Below are positions 38,212 through 46,506 of a DNA stretch of 64,000 nucleotides, one piece after another (position 1 is the stretch's first letter; the number at the start of each line of letters is the position of its first letter). Made by a program: the position numbers and the translations under genes. The notes beneath the pieces are model-generated. The model was not told the origin of the DNA, made no database searches, and saw nothing but the letters and a program-made list of their open reading frames with translations. Source of the stretch: an uncultured bacterium (GTDB taxonomy: Bacteria; CSSED10-310; CAZUFC01); the NCBI GenBank assembly GCA_964619725.1, contig CAZUFC010000026.1, forward strand, positions 1-64,000. Reading direction: 5' to 3'.

Positions 38212-38365
38212 GGGTCTGATCAAACCGGATTACACTTCTTTCAAGTCTTTCGAAAGTTTGTTTCGGAAATCGGTGCCGGTATCGCAATCGGTATCGGAAT
38301 CGTAATCGAACGAAATGATGGAATATTCGGAAGAATTCTCAAAAGACGCATTTTTAATCAATGCC
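38212..38365 (+). repeat. dispersed repeat family A, copy 5
   Basis: GGGTCTGATCAAACCGGATTACAC...AAAAGACGCATTTTTAATCAATGCC. Confidence 0.8.
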
Positions 38366-38373
38366 GATTATTC

Positions 38374-39792
38374 TTACTGCAAGTACCCCAGCGATTTCAA
38401 GTTTTCGATGAGTTCCTCGCCCATTTTTTCCTCATCAAAACTCTCCTTGAAGTAGGGGATACGATGTATGCGGGACCAGCTCTGCAACTGTTTCAGCATC
38501 TGCATGGCTTTTTGCCGGTTCTGGAAGGAGATGTTGTTTTTTTCTTCCGGGTCGTTTTCCAGGTTGTACATATTAACCCGGCATCGCTGAGGTTCCAGGC
38601 GCCAGTTGTGTATATCGCTGCGGTCTATTCCTGTGAGTTGAACGATCAGTTTCCAGGGGTAATCTATGATGGAGAAGAGGTGACTGTCTTTCGTGTAGAA
38701 GAAGCGCTGGGCGTAACCGGTCGTTCTTGCTCCGGCGTCTTTACGGTTCATTATATCCAGTAAACTGCGTCCTTGAACGCTTTGAGGAATTTCCAGTCCC
38801 AGAAATTCCATGATCGTCGGCGCTATATCCACCGATTCGACGACATTCGCTTCGTCCTTGCCGGGTTTGATGACTCCCGGCGCATGAAATATCAGCGGTA
38901 TTCGCAACAATTCATTATATAACGTGTGATCATGGCCCATTTTGCCGCGGTCCTGCAACTCTTCGCCGTGGTCCGCCAGGATGATTATAAGCGTATCATC
39001 GTTGAATCCATAATCCTGCAGCATTTTAAATATGCGGCCGACAGCATCGTCGCAGTATCTTATTTCACTGTCGTATGCTGCTTTGACGAACGTGAGTTCT
39101 TCAGGGCTGAGCAATTTTGTCTTATCTTTATAAAGGTTCACCATATCATTGGTAAAAGTGAAATAGGGACCGTCGTAATCCGGAAGAAATTCTTTCACAT
39201 AGGGTTCATGCGGCAAAAAATCCGCATGCGGCTCCAGGTAATGCAGCCACAGAAAAAACGGTCCTTCCTTTTGCCGCAGCAGCCAGGCGCGTATGGATTC
39301 TTCTACATTGGATTCGGTTATCGAAACCCTGGAGTGGTAAAAATCATCGAAACCCCGAGTGAAACCCACTTCTTCGGATAACCAGAAATTCTGTACGAAC
39401 GCTCCAGTGCGGTAGGAATGCTCACCCAGCATCCCGGCAAGCATCCGGGAATCATCCTCAAGCAGGCGTGAACCGATTACAGAATTGTGCCGCAGGGGGT
39501 AAGTTCCCGTCATGACAGATGCCAGGGAACTGTGAGTATGCGGCGCCTGAACGAAAGCCTTATTGAACAGGAATCCGTTTTGGACCGCCTGGTCGATGCA
39601 GGGCGAAGTATTGCGTTCATACCCATAGCAACCCAGATGATCGGCCCGAAGAGCATCAATGGATATCATAACGATGTTCCAGCCCTTTCCGGGCCCCGGC
39701 GTAGAAGGACCGGAACAACCGGCGCCGGACAAAAATGCGACAATGACCGCTAAGATAAAAAAAACAAATATTTCAAAAATGCGATAACCCAT
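38374..39792 (-). CDS. sulfatase-like hydrolase (alkaline phosphatase superfamily), exported
   Basis: NIVMISIDALRADHLGCYGY, PFFLWLHY.EPH, YDSEI...D, ADHGEE, HDHTLY, DIAPTI, LKSLGYL. Confidence 0.85.
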   Translation of the reverse strand: MGYRIFEIFVFFILAVIVAFLSGAGCSGPSTPGPGKGWNIVMISIDALRADHLGCYGYERNTSPCIDQAVQNGFLFNKAFVQAPHTHSSLASVMTGTYPLRHNSVIGSRLLEDDSRMLAGMLGEHSYRTGAFVQNFWLSEEVGFTRGFDDFYHSRVSITESNVEESIRAWLLRQKEGPFFLWLHYLEPHADFLPHEPYVKEFLPDYDGPYFTFTNDMVNLYKDKTKLLSPEELTFVKAAYDSEIRYCDDAVGRIFKMLQDYGFNDDTLIIILADHGEELQDRGKMGHDHTLYNELLRIPLIFHAPGVIKPGKDEANVVESVDIAPTIMEFLGLEIPQSVQGRSLLDIMNRKDAGARTTGYAQRFFYTKDSHLFSIIDYPWKLIVQLTGIDRSDIHNWRLEPQRCRVNMYNLENDPEEKNNISFQNRQKAMQMLKQLQSWSRIHRIPYFKESFDEEKMGEELIENLKSLGYLQ

Positions 39793-39932
39793 GGAACAAG
39801 CCTAAATTCCTCAATGAATGAAAAAGACCCAGCCCTTGTGAAAAATAAAATGTTAAGAAACGAAAGTCAATTAAACGGGAGAAACCGGGTATCATTACTA
39901 CAGTCTGCCGACTCCAGAGTTCAAAAAACGAA

Positions 39933-40090
39933 ATTGATCAAAAATGCGTCTTTTGAGGGAACAATCTGACAGAATCACCCGTCATTTTGTTTCGATTTCG
40001 ATTGCGACCCCGACCCCGAATCTATACCGATTACTGAAATAAAACGTCAAAAGGTTTTTAAAGAAGTGTTACCCCGGTTTGATCAGTCCC
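39933..40090 (-). repeat. dispersed repeat family A, copy 6
   Basis: ATTGATCAAAAATGCGTCTTTTGAGG...ACCCCGGTTTGATCAGTCCC. Confidence 0.85.
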
Positions 40091-40242
40091 CAAAAAACGT
40101 TAAAAATGGATTCGTTGTCGTGATCATTGTCGTTGTCGAATTCAAACTTGACGCCCCTTCAGTAGAAATTGAATTTAAAACTCATTTCGCACGATACTCA
40201 GGCAACGGCAACCGCTTCGCTGACAAAGACAACGATTCATCA

Positions 40243-40450
40243 GCTAGTGACTGTCCACTAACTCGATTCTCGATTCAAAATTTAATGCTGGACAGTCACT
40301 GCGGTTTTTGATCCATAAACGAGCGAATTTTTCTTAAAACAAGGATGGTGAGGATTTGCGAGGCAGGGGCGGCGCTTATACGTTGCCTGAGCAAATCCGA
40401 ATACTGACGAAGAATTGGGGAAAATTCGCCGTTTATGGACAAAAACCAGC
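40243..40450 (+). repeat. dispersed repeat family B
   Basis: AGTGACTGTCCA/TGGACAGTCACT IR, then GTTTTTGATCCATAAACGAGCGAATTTT ... AAAATTCGCCGTTTATGGACAAAAAC IR. Confidence 0.8.
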
Positions 40451-40793
40451 GAACATATTTAGAAGTAATGAGGTAAGGCTTATCCTGATACGTATTCCGG
40501 TTGCGTGGGGATATGGGGGGCTGAAAATTGCATAATTACTATGCCAGGTTGCAATGCAGGAAAATCAAATTTTTTCAATATATTGAGACCTCATTGTTTA
40601 GAGTTGTGAAATTATCATTTTTACGCGTATATTTTACAGGCGCCCGTATTAGGTCATTTGACACTTCAAACGAAAACTCGCATAAATGAAGTGAGAAGTG
40701 GACGAAGATGTTATGAAAGGAAGAAATGGATACAGAAGAGATTAAATTTAATTGGAAGAATAAAAAACGAAAAAAAGCGGGGAGGCAAACAAG

Positions 40794-42449
40794 ATGAGAA
40801 GACTCTTTTCTGTCGGGGTAACGATGTTATTGTATTTATCGATGCCAGAATCGGCGTTGCTTGAAGTAAAAAATGTTCCGTCCGTATATCCGACCATTCA
40901 GAGCGCCATTGACGCTTCAAATAATGGCGATACTGTGCTGGTCGCTGCGGGAACTTATTCTGAAAAGTTAAATTTTAACGGGAAGGCGATAACTGTGATA
41001 AGCAGCGCAGGCGCGGTCGAAACCATAATCGATGCGAGTACGGTCATGAAGTCTGAAGGACAACGCGTTGCTTACGACAGTGTAGTCACTTTTCAGAACG
41101 GCGAGGGTTCTGATTCTGTTCTTGAGGGTTTTACTCTTCAGGGAGGCAGCGGGTATGGCGGCGGCAACTGGTATGGAGGCGGCATAGTATGCCTTTCTTC
41201 TTCATCGCCGACCATAAAGTATAATATCATCAGGAATAACGCTGTTCCCTGGGGACACGGCGGCGGCATAGGAATTATGTCCAATTGTAATCCTCTGGTC
41301 GCCGGAAACATAATCATCAATAACGTGATAACGTCCGGCGACCAGAATTGCGGGGGAGCTGGTCTTTACATTAATTGGGCCGGCCCGGTTTTAATCAACA
41401 ATTTAATTGCATCGAATTCCGGAAACGGATCGGGAGGCGGCATTCATTTAAATTCATCAAATGCGGTCCTGATCAACAACACGATATGTGATAACAGTAT
41501 CTCCTATTACGGAGGAGGAATATATTGCAGGGGAAGCTCAGCCGTCAATGCGGACTTCAGTAACGGCATCATATGGTCGAACGGCGCATCGACCGGCGGT
41601 AATATTCATGTTGCGGCAGTTTCTCAACTGACGGTGAGTTACAGCGATGTGGAAAGCGGAGCCGGTTCAATACATGTAAACTCCGGCAGCGATCTCAACT
41701 GGCTCGAGGGCAATATTGACGGCGATCCAATGTTCGTGACGGGTAATCTCGGAGGTTATTATCTGAGTCAGATACAGGCCGGACAGGCGTTGACGAGTCC
41801 ATGCACAGATGCAGGCGGTTCGCCGGCATGCGACGTATGTTTCGGCGAACCAGGCCATACCATATGCCTGAATTTTTTTACCACAAGAACAGACGATGTG
41901 CCAGACTCAGACATAGTAGATATGGGATTCCATTACCAGACGCAACTAATCCCAACGCAAACGCCGCCGCCGACGCCGACCGTTGTGCCCACGGAAACGC
42001 CGACATCCACACAGACCTTTTCTCCCACAGAAACGCCGACCTTCTCACCCACGGTTACATACTCACCCACTGACACGCCGACAATGACGCACAGCACAAC
42101 GCCGACCCTTACCAGCACAGCGTCCTCAACATTAACTCCCACCAGTACGGATACGAAGACTCAAACGCCCACACAATCGCCAAGCCTGACGCCCACAATT
42201 ACTCCAACGCTATCACCGACATTAATTCCGACTGAAACCCAAACGCCTACCGGGTCGCCGACTGCCTCTCAAACATTCACGCCCGCAGAAACAATGACGC
42301 CGACAAACACTCCCATCCCTCCGCCCATACCCATTCTTAACCCAGGTTCCATGTGGTTCAAATTGCTGCTCTTAATGTTTACGGCGAGTATACTGTATAG
42401 CAGAAAACATCATCGATGCCCGGATAATCGGTCACCAAGGTCGATGTAA
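40794..42449 (+). CDS. secreted beta-helix repeat protein with long Pro/Thr stalk and IPTL-CTERM-like anchor
   Basis: VPSVYPTIQSAID, GGGI repeats, long TP linker, PIPILNP + hydrophobic segment + RKH. Confidence 0.8.
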   Translation: MRRLFSVGVTMLLYLSMPESALLEVKNVPSVYPTIQSAIDASNNGDTVLVAAGTYSEKLNFNGKAITVISSAGAVETIIDASTVMKSEGQRVAYDSVVTFQNGEGSDSVLEGFTLQGGSGYGGGNWYGGGIVCLSSSSPTIKYNIIRNNAVPWGHGGGIGIMSNCNPLVAGNIIINNVITSGDQNCGGAGLYINWAGPVLINNLIASNSGNGSGGGIHLNSSNAVLINNTICDNSISYYGGGIYCRGSSAVNADFSNGIIWSNGASTGGNIHVAAVSQLTVSYSDVESGAGSIHVNSGSDLNWLEGNIDGDPMFVTGNLGGYYLSQIQAGQALTSPCTDAGGSPACDVCFGEPGHTICLNFFTTRTDDVPDSDIVDMGFHYQTQLIPTQTPPPTPTVVPTETPTSTQTFSPTETPTFSPTVTYSPTDTPTMTHSTTPTLTSTASSTLTPTSTDTKTQTPTQSPSLTPTITPTLSPTLIPTETQTPTGSPTASQTFTPAETMTPTNTPIPPPIPILNPGSMWFKLLLLMFTASILYSRKHHRCPDNRSPRSM

Positions 42450-42652
42450 GCATCGCAACCGGACATTCGATAAAAAGAACGGCGATATTTGGTCGCATTT
42501 ATCAAGTGTGTTCAAAATTGACCTTTCAAAGTTTTATGTAATATTGCAAACTCCACTATTCTCATTTGATATGAATTTAAAAAGCCGATACTCGTCTACG
42601 GAGGCGAAACCAGGCGAATGAGAATGAAAAAATGGATTCTAAAAAAATAAAC

Positions 42653-42724
42653 TCGAAATCGAAACAAAATTAATGGATATTCGGAAGAGTTGTAACCTCA
42701 AAAGAGGCATTTTTGATCAATGTC
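42653..42724 (+). repeat. dispersed repeat family A, partial (3' half)
   Basis: TCGAAATCGAAACAAAAT...GTAACCTCAAAAGAGGCATTTTTGATCAATGTC. Confidence 0.75.
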
Positions 42725-42859
42725 TGGTCGTCCCGTTTCCGTCTGATCTCTCGACAAAGGCGATTTGGTTTTCTTACTCCCTAAAATGTTCCTTTCAGTT
42801 ATCAATCAAAAGTTTTTATGCTATTAAATCAAGGGATATCTTTTTGAATGTGATATGAT

Positions 42860-43044
42860 ATGCCGAAAAATCTTTAAAAAATTGAGCAAATGCCCTGAAT
42901 TTACCGACGCAGCAACGGGCATTCCTTGCTGACCGTCTTCTTAGTTCGCTCGACTGTGAAATCCTGAGCGATGTTGATGCCGCCTGGGTTGCAGAGGCTG
43001 AGCGCCGTTATAATGAATATAAGACGGGTAATTTAAACGCCTGA
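42860..43044 (+). pseudogene. putative addiction-module antitoxin (TIGR02574-like), disrupted
   Basis: ALNLPTQQRAFLADRLLSSLD..DVDAAWVAEAERRYNEYKTG from 42892; ATG 42860 is followed by TAA at codon 6 and a frameshift. Confidence 0.7.
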
Positions 43045-43437
43045 AAATGGTTATAAATGATCCAATTAATCAACTTCTAACCTCAAAAAATCGAAAGAGA
43101 ATACTGTAAGACAACTCAGCCCCGTGTTTTCAGTCGCCCGGCAGGAGGAAAGCAGCCTGGGATTAAAGTCACGGTCGTGATGAAACGTCGCCTTTCCCTC
43201 ACCGATACGGGAAGAGGAGCCGGGGAGCAAAATAATATCCGCAGTAAGACGCTGGCTCCTTCTCTACAGTATGGAGAGGGAACCGTGAGGTGAGGTAACC
43301 CGGAAATATTTTGACAACCGGCGCGGAATCAGGGTATTTTTAAGAAGATTTTCGTTTCGACTCGGCGATCTTATGCAGAAGGATAAACGGAATGCACTGG
43401 GATGGAAAATTTAACGGATATTTGATGGGAGGCTGAA

Positions 43438-43773
43438 ATGAAAATAAATAAAAGGAAAGTGAACGATGTGACAGTGCTTGATCTTTCGGGAGACATCACG
43501 ATTGGGGAAGGCGACGTCAAGTTGCGTGATACGGTTAAGGAATTGCTGGAACAGGGTGAAAAGAACATCATATTGAATCTGGGCAATGTGAAGTATATCG
43601 ACAGTTCGGGCGTGGGCGAGCTGGTGCGTTGTTTTACCAGCGTCAAGAACCGCGGCGGCGAATTGAAGCTTCTTAACCTGATGAAAAAAATCCGGGAGGT
43701 TCTGACCATAACCCAACTGATAACTATTTTTGATATTTATACTGACGAAAAAGAAGCGGTCGAGAGCTTTTAA
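43438..43773 (+). CDS. anti-sigma factor antagonist (STAS, RsbV-like)
   Basis: VLDLSGDI...[18 protein letters not shown]. Confidence 0.92.
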   Translation: MKINKRKVNDVTVLDLSGDITIGEGDVKLRDTVKELLEQGEKNIILNLGNVKYIDSSGVGELVRCFTSVKNRGGELKLLNLMKKIREVLTITQLITIFDIYTDEKEAVESF

Positions 43774-43782
43774 ATCGGTATC

Positions 43783-44226
43783 GTGAGTAAAAAAGCTGAC
43801 AGCGAGCTGATTAACAAGAGAGCAGCGATCGGGGTTCGTATGCCCAGCGATCTTCAGTATCTGCCTATAATCGGACGTTTCATCAGGGAGCTTTCGATTG
43901 AATGGGGACTGGACGAAGAGTCGGCGGAAAACTTAAAATTCGCCTGTCATGAAGCGTGCGTCAATGCGATCAAACACGGCAACAAATTTTCGGAATCGCT
44001 TGAAGTGGCCCTGGAAATGAGGAATACTGCAGACAGCGTATCGGTCGAAATTACGGATGAGGGAGAAGGATTCGATTTAGCATGCATCAGAAATCCTACA
44101 AGTAAGGAATGTCTGCTTCTTCCTCAGGGCAGGGGAATTTTCCTGATGAAACATTACGTTGACAATGCGGAAATTACGGCGAAACCGGGAAGCCCCACGA
44201 AAGTCAAACTAATAAAAAACAAATGA
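43783..44226 (+). CDS. anti-sigma factor / Ser kinase (RsbW-like HATPase)
   Basis: EACVNAIKHGN, DEGEGFD, GRGIFLM. Confidence 0.9.
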   Translation: MSKKADSELINKRAAIGVRMPSDLQYLPIIGRFIRELSIEWGLDEESAENLKFACHEACVNAIKHGNKFSESLEVALEMRNTADSVSVEITDEGEGFDLACIRNPTSKECLLLPQGRGIFLMKHYVDNAEITAKPGSPTKVKLIKNK

Positions 44227-45332
44227 CCGAGAGTGAAAAGCCGCAACAGACGGAACAGAGGGAATGCCGCAAATGCGGCTTTCAGTTTCCGCAATCCTAT
44301 CTTTACTGTCCCGAATGCGGCAAGCCTAATCGATATAAAGCGGCAGTCTATTTTTTCCGGTTTCTGGTAAAGATACTTGAAGTTTTTTTATTTATCCTGT
44401 TCGGGATCGTTCTGATTTTTGCGTTTGTTTTCCGATTTATTTTCAAATGGCTCAGGAAAGCGGGAAAGAAGCGTAAAGATGCCGTTGACGCAGATTCAGA
44501 GAAGATATATCCGCCTGAAGATAATGCCGCGACCGTAAAAACTGTAGCTTTGACCATTCTGCGTACGCCGGAAAATATTTTTAATTTTCTGCCCTTGTGT
44601 TACGTTCTTGAATCACATTGGTACGACGGCCAGGGAAAGATCATCTGGAACGCCTCTTTTTTCGAAAAAACAATGAAATTATTCTGCCCCTACAACACGG
44701 TGATTTACATGATTCGCCGCACCGGGGATATTGCGCCCGAAGAATTCGATTTCTTCAACAAGAAGGATATTCACTTTGAAGTGGAAAAGAAGAAGGAGTA
44801 TCAATTGCCGGGATTCCTGGAAAAATATATTCCGCAGTACAAGGACAAATACGGCGGGCTGATGGTTCGGTTCAACGGTTTAAGCTCGCTGATAGAATAT
44901 TACGGTTTTTTTCCTGAGCGGATAATATTTGAAGAATCCGACATATTTTTTGCGTTTCGTGACAGGTTGATGCCGGTTTTCGGCAGGATAGACTTCAATA
45001 CATTGAATCAGATGGACCGTTTTATATTTCCGGCAGATTCGACGGAAAATCCCGATGATATTTTTTCCAACTACTCCGCCTTGTTAAAGACATCGGGAGA
45101 AAAAGAGGTTGACCTGCCGAAAAGCGAATTATGGGACAAGGCAAGACGATTGCATTTTTACGGAACTTTTCGAGTGAATGCCTATTTGAATAAAGCGCAG
45201 ATGATTGCATTCACTGGCGCTGCGGCACCAGACGATGTTGAAAGGGAGTTAAGAAAGAGCGCCGAGGAAGAGGGTTTGAATTTCCGCATGCGAGAAACTG
45301 AACACAGGGATGAGGATAGAGTCCGGGCGTAG
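44223..45332 (+). CDS. hypothetical membrane protein with N-terminal zinc ribbon
   Basis: CRKCG...YCPECG followed by TM segment. Confidence 0.6.
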   Translation: MTESEKPQQTEQRECRKCGFQFPQSYLYCPECGKPNRYKAAVYFFRFLVKILEVFLFILFGIVLIFAFVFRFIFKWLRKAGKKRKDAVDADSEKIYPPEDNAATVKTVALTILRTPENIFNFLPLCYVLESHWYDGQGKIIWNASFFEKTMKLFCPYNTVIYMIRRTGDIAPEEFDFFNKKDIHFEVEKKKEYQLPGFLEKYIPQYKDKYGGLMVRFNGLSSLIEYYGFFPERIIFEESDIFFAFRDRLMPVFGRIDFNTLNQMDRFIFPADSTENPDDIFSNYSALLKTSGEKEVDLPKSELWDKARRLHFYGTFRVNAYLNKAQMIAFTGAAAPDDVERELRKSAEEEGLNFRMRETEHRDEDRVRA

Positions 45333-45382
45333 TCCTGGAATTCACTGGACAGGTTTGTGTTTGATATAAGGGAGTTGAAGAA

Positions 45383-46390
45383 ATGCGCGTATTGATAATC
45401 GGCGGTACGGGATTCATAGGGCCTTATGCGGTACGTATGCTGCATGAGCAGGGGCATGAGTTGGCGTTGTTCAATCGATGTCGTTCGGAAACCGGTATTC
45501 CCGGGGATATAAAGCGCATCTGCGGGGACCGCAGGGAGTTATCCGAACACAGGCAGGCATTTAAAGATTTCGGTCCGGATGCCGTTCTGGATATGTTTCC
45601 CATCGGCGAAGAAGATGCGGAAGCCGCCATGAAAGTATTCCGGGATCTGACCGAACGGGTTATTGCGGTCAGCAGCCAGGATGTGTATAAAGCCTGGGGG
45701 ATACTTATCGGAAGCGAAGAAGGAGAGCTACAGGAGTTACCTTTAACCGAAGAATCGCGGTTGAGGGAGAATTACTATCCATACAAGGACAAAATGCCCC
45801 TCGGCGACAGGTATGACAAGATACTGGCGGAAAGACAGGTCATGAATGATCCGCACATCAAAGGGACAGTCCTGAGATTACCCATGGTTTACGGACCGGG
45901 CGATCAGCAGCGCCGGTTATTCCCTTATTTGAAAAGGATGGACGACGGCAGACCGGCTGTTATACTGGATCAGAACCTGGCAAACTGGAAATGGACTAAA
46001 TGTTATGTTGAAAACGCAGCAGCAGCAGTATCGATGTCCGTAACCGATTCCAATGCTGCAGGAAGAATATACAATGTGGCCGAAAAAAACACGGCGTCGA
46101 TGCTGGAATGGATCGAAGCAATAGCTGAAAAAGCGGGTTGGAATGGAAGAATTATAGCCGTCCCCGCGGATAAATTGTCCGATAAATTTAAAGCCGGTAT
46201 GAGGACCGAACAGGATATTATTGCGGATTCTACCCGGATACGGGATGAATTGGGATTTGAGGAAATAACCGGGTTCGATGAAGGGCTCAAAAAAACGGTC
46301 GAGTGGGAAAGGTCTCACATGCCGAAAGAATATCCAGCGGAGATGTTTGATTACGAAGCGGAAGACGAAGTATTGCGTCAGTTAAGTTAA
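45383..46390 (+). CDS. NAD-dependent epimerase/dehydratase family protein
   Basis: IIGGTGFIG, SSQDVY, YDKILAE, LRLPMVYGPGD. Confidence 0.88.
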   Translation: MRVLIIGGTGFIGPYAVRMLHEQGHELALFNRCRSETGIPGDIKRICGDRRELSEHRQAFKDFGPDAVLDMFPIGEEDAEAAMKVFRDLTERVIAVSSQDVYKAWGILIGSEEGELQELPLTEESRLRENYYPYKDKMPLGDRYDKILAERQVMNDPHIKGTVLRLPMVYGPGDQQRRLFPYLKRMDDGRPAVILDQNLANWKWTKCYVENAAAAVSMSVTDSNAAGRIYNVAEKNTASMLEWIEAIAEKAGWNGRIIAVPADKLSDKFKAGMRTEQDIIADSTRIRDELGFEEITGFDEGLKKTVEWERSHMPKEYPAEMFDYEAEDEVLRQLS

Positions 46391-46452
46391 ATGCCGCTGA
46401 ATGGTTTACGATTCATTGCAGGAGCAGGTTCCCCTGTTTGAAGAGGATTAAA

Positions 46453-46498
46453 TTCTGAACTCCCGTTATTTGGAGCGCCGCATAACGGGAGTTCAGAA
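46453..46498. terminator. putative bidirectional terminator between convergent genes
   Basis: 17-bp perfect IR TTCTGAACTCCCGTTAT / ATAACGGGAGTTCAGAA. Confidence 0.7.
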
Positions 46499-46506
46499 CC
46501 TTAATT

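Noticed and set aside
41950-42320. Repetitive ACGCCGAC-like DNA
   Set aside because: Explained by the Pro/Thr linker coding sequence.
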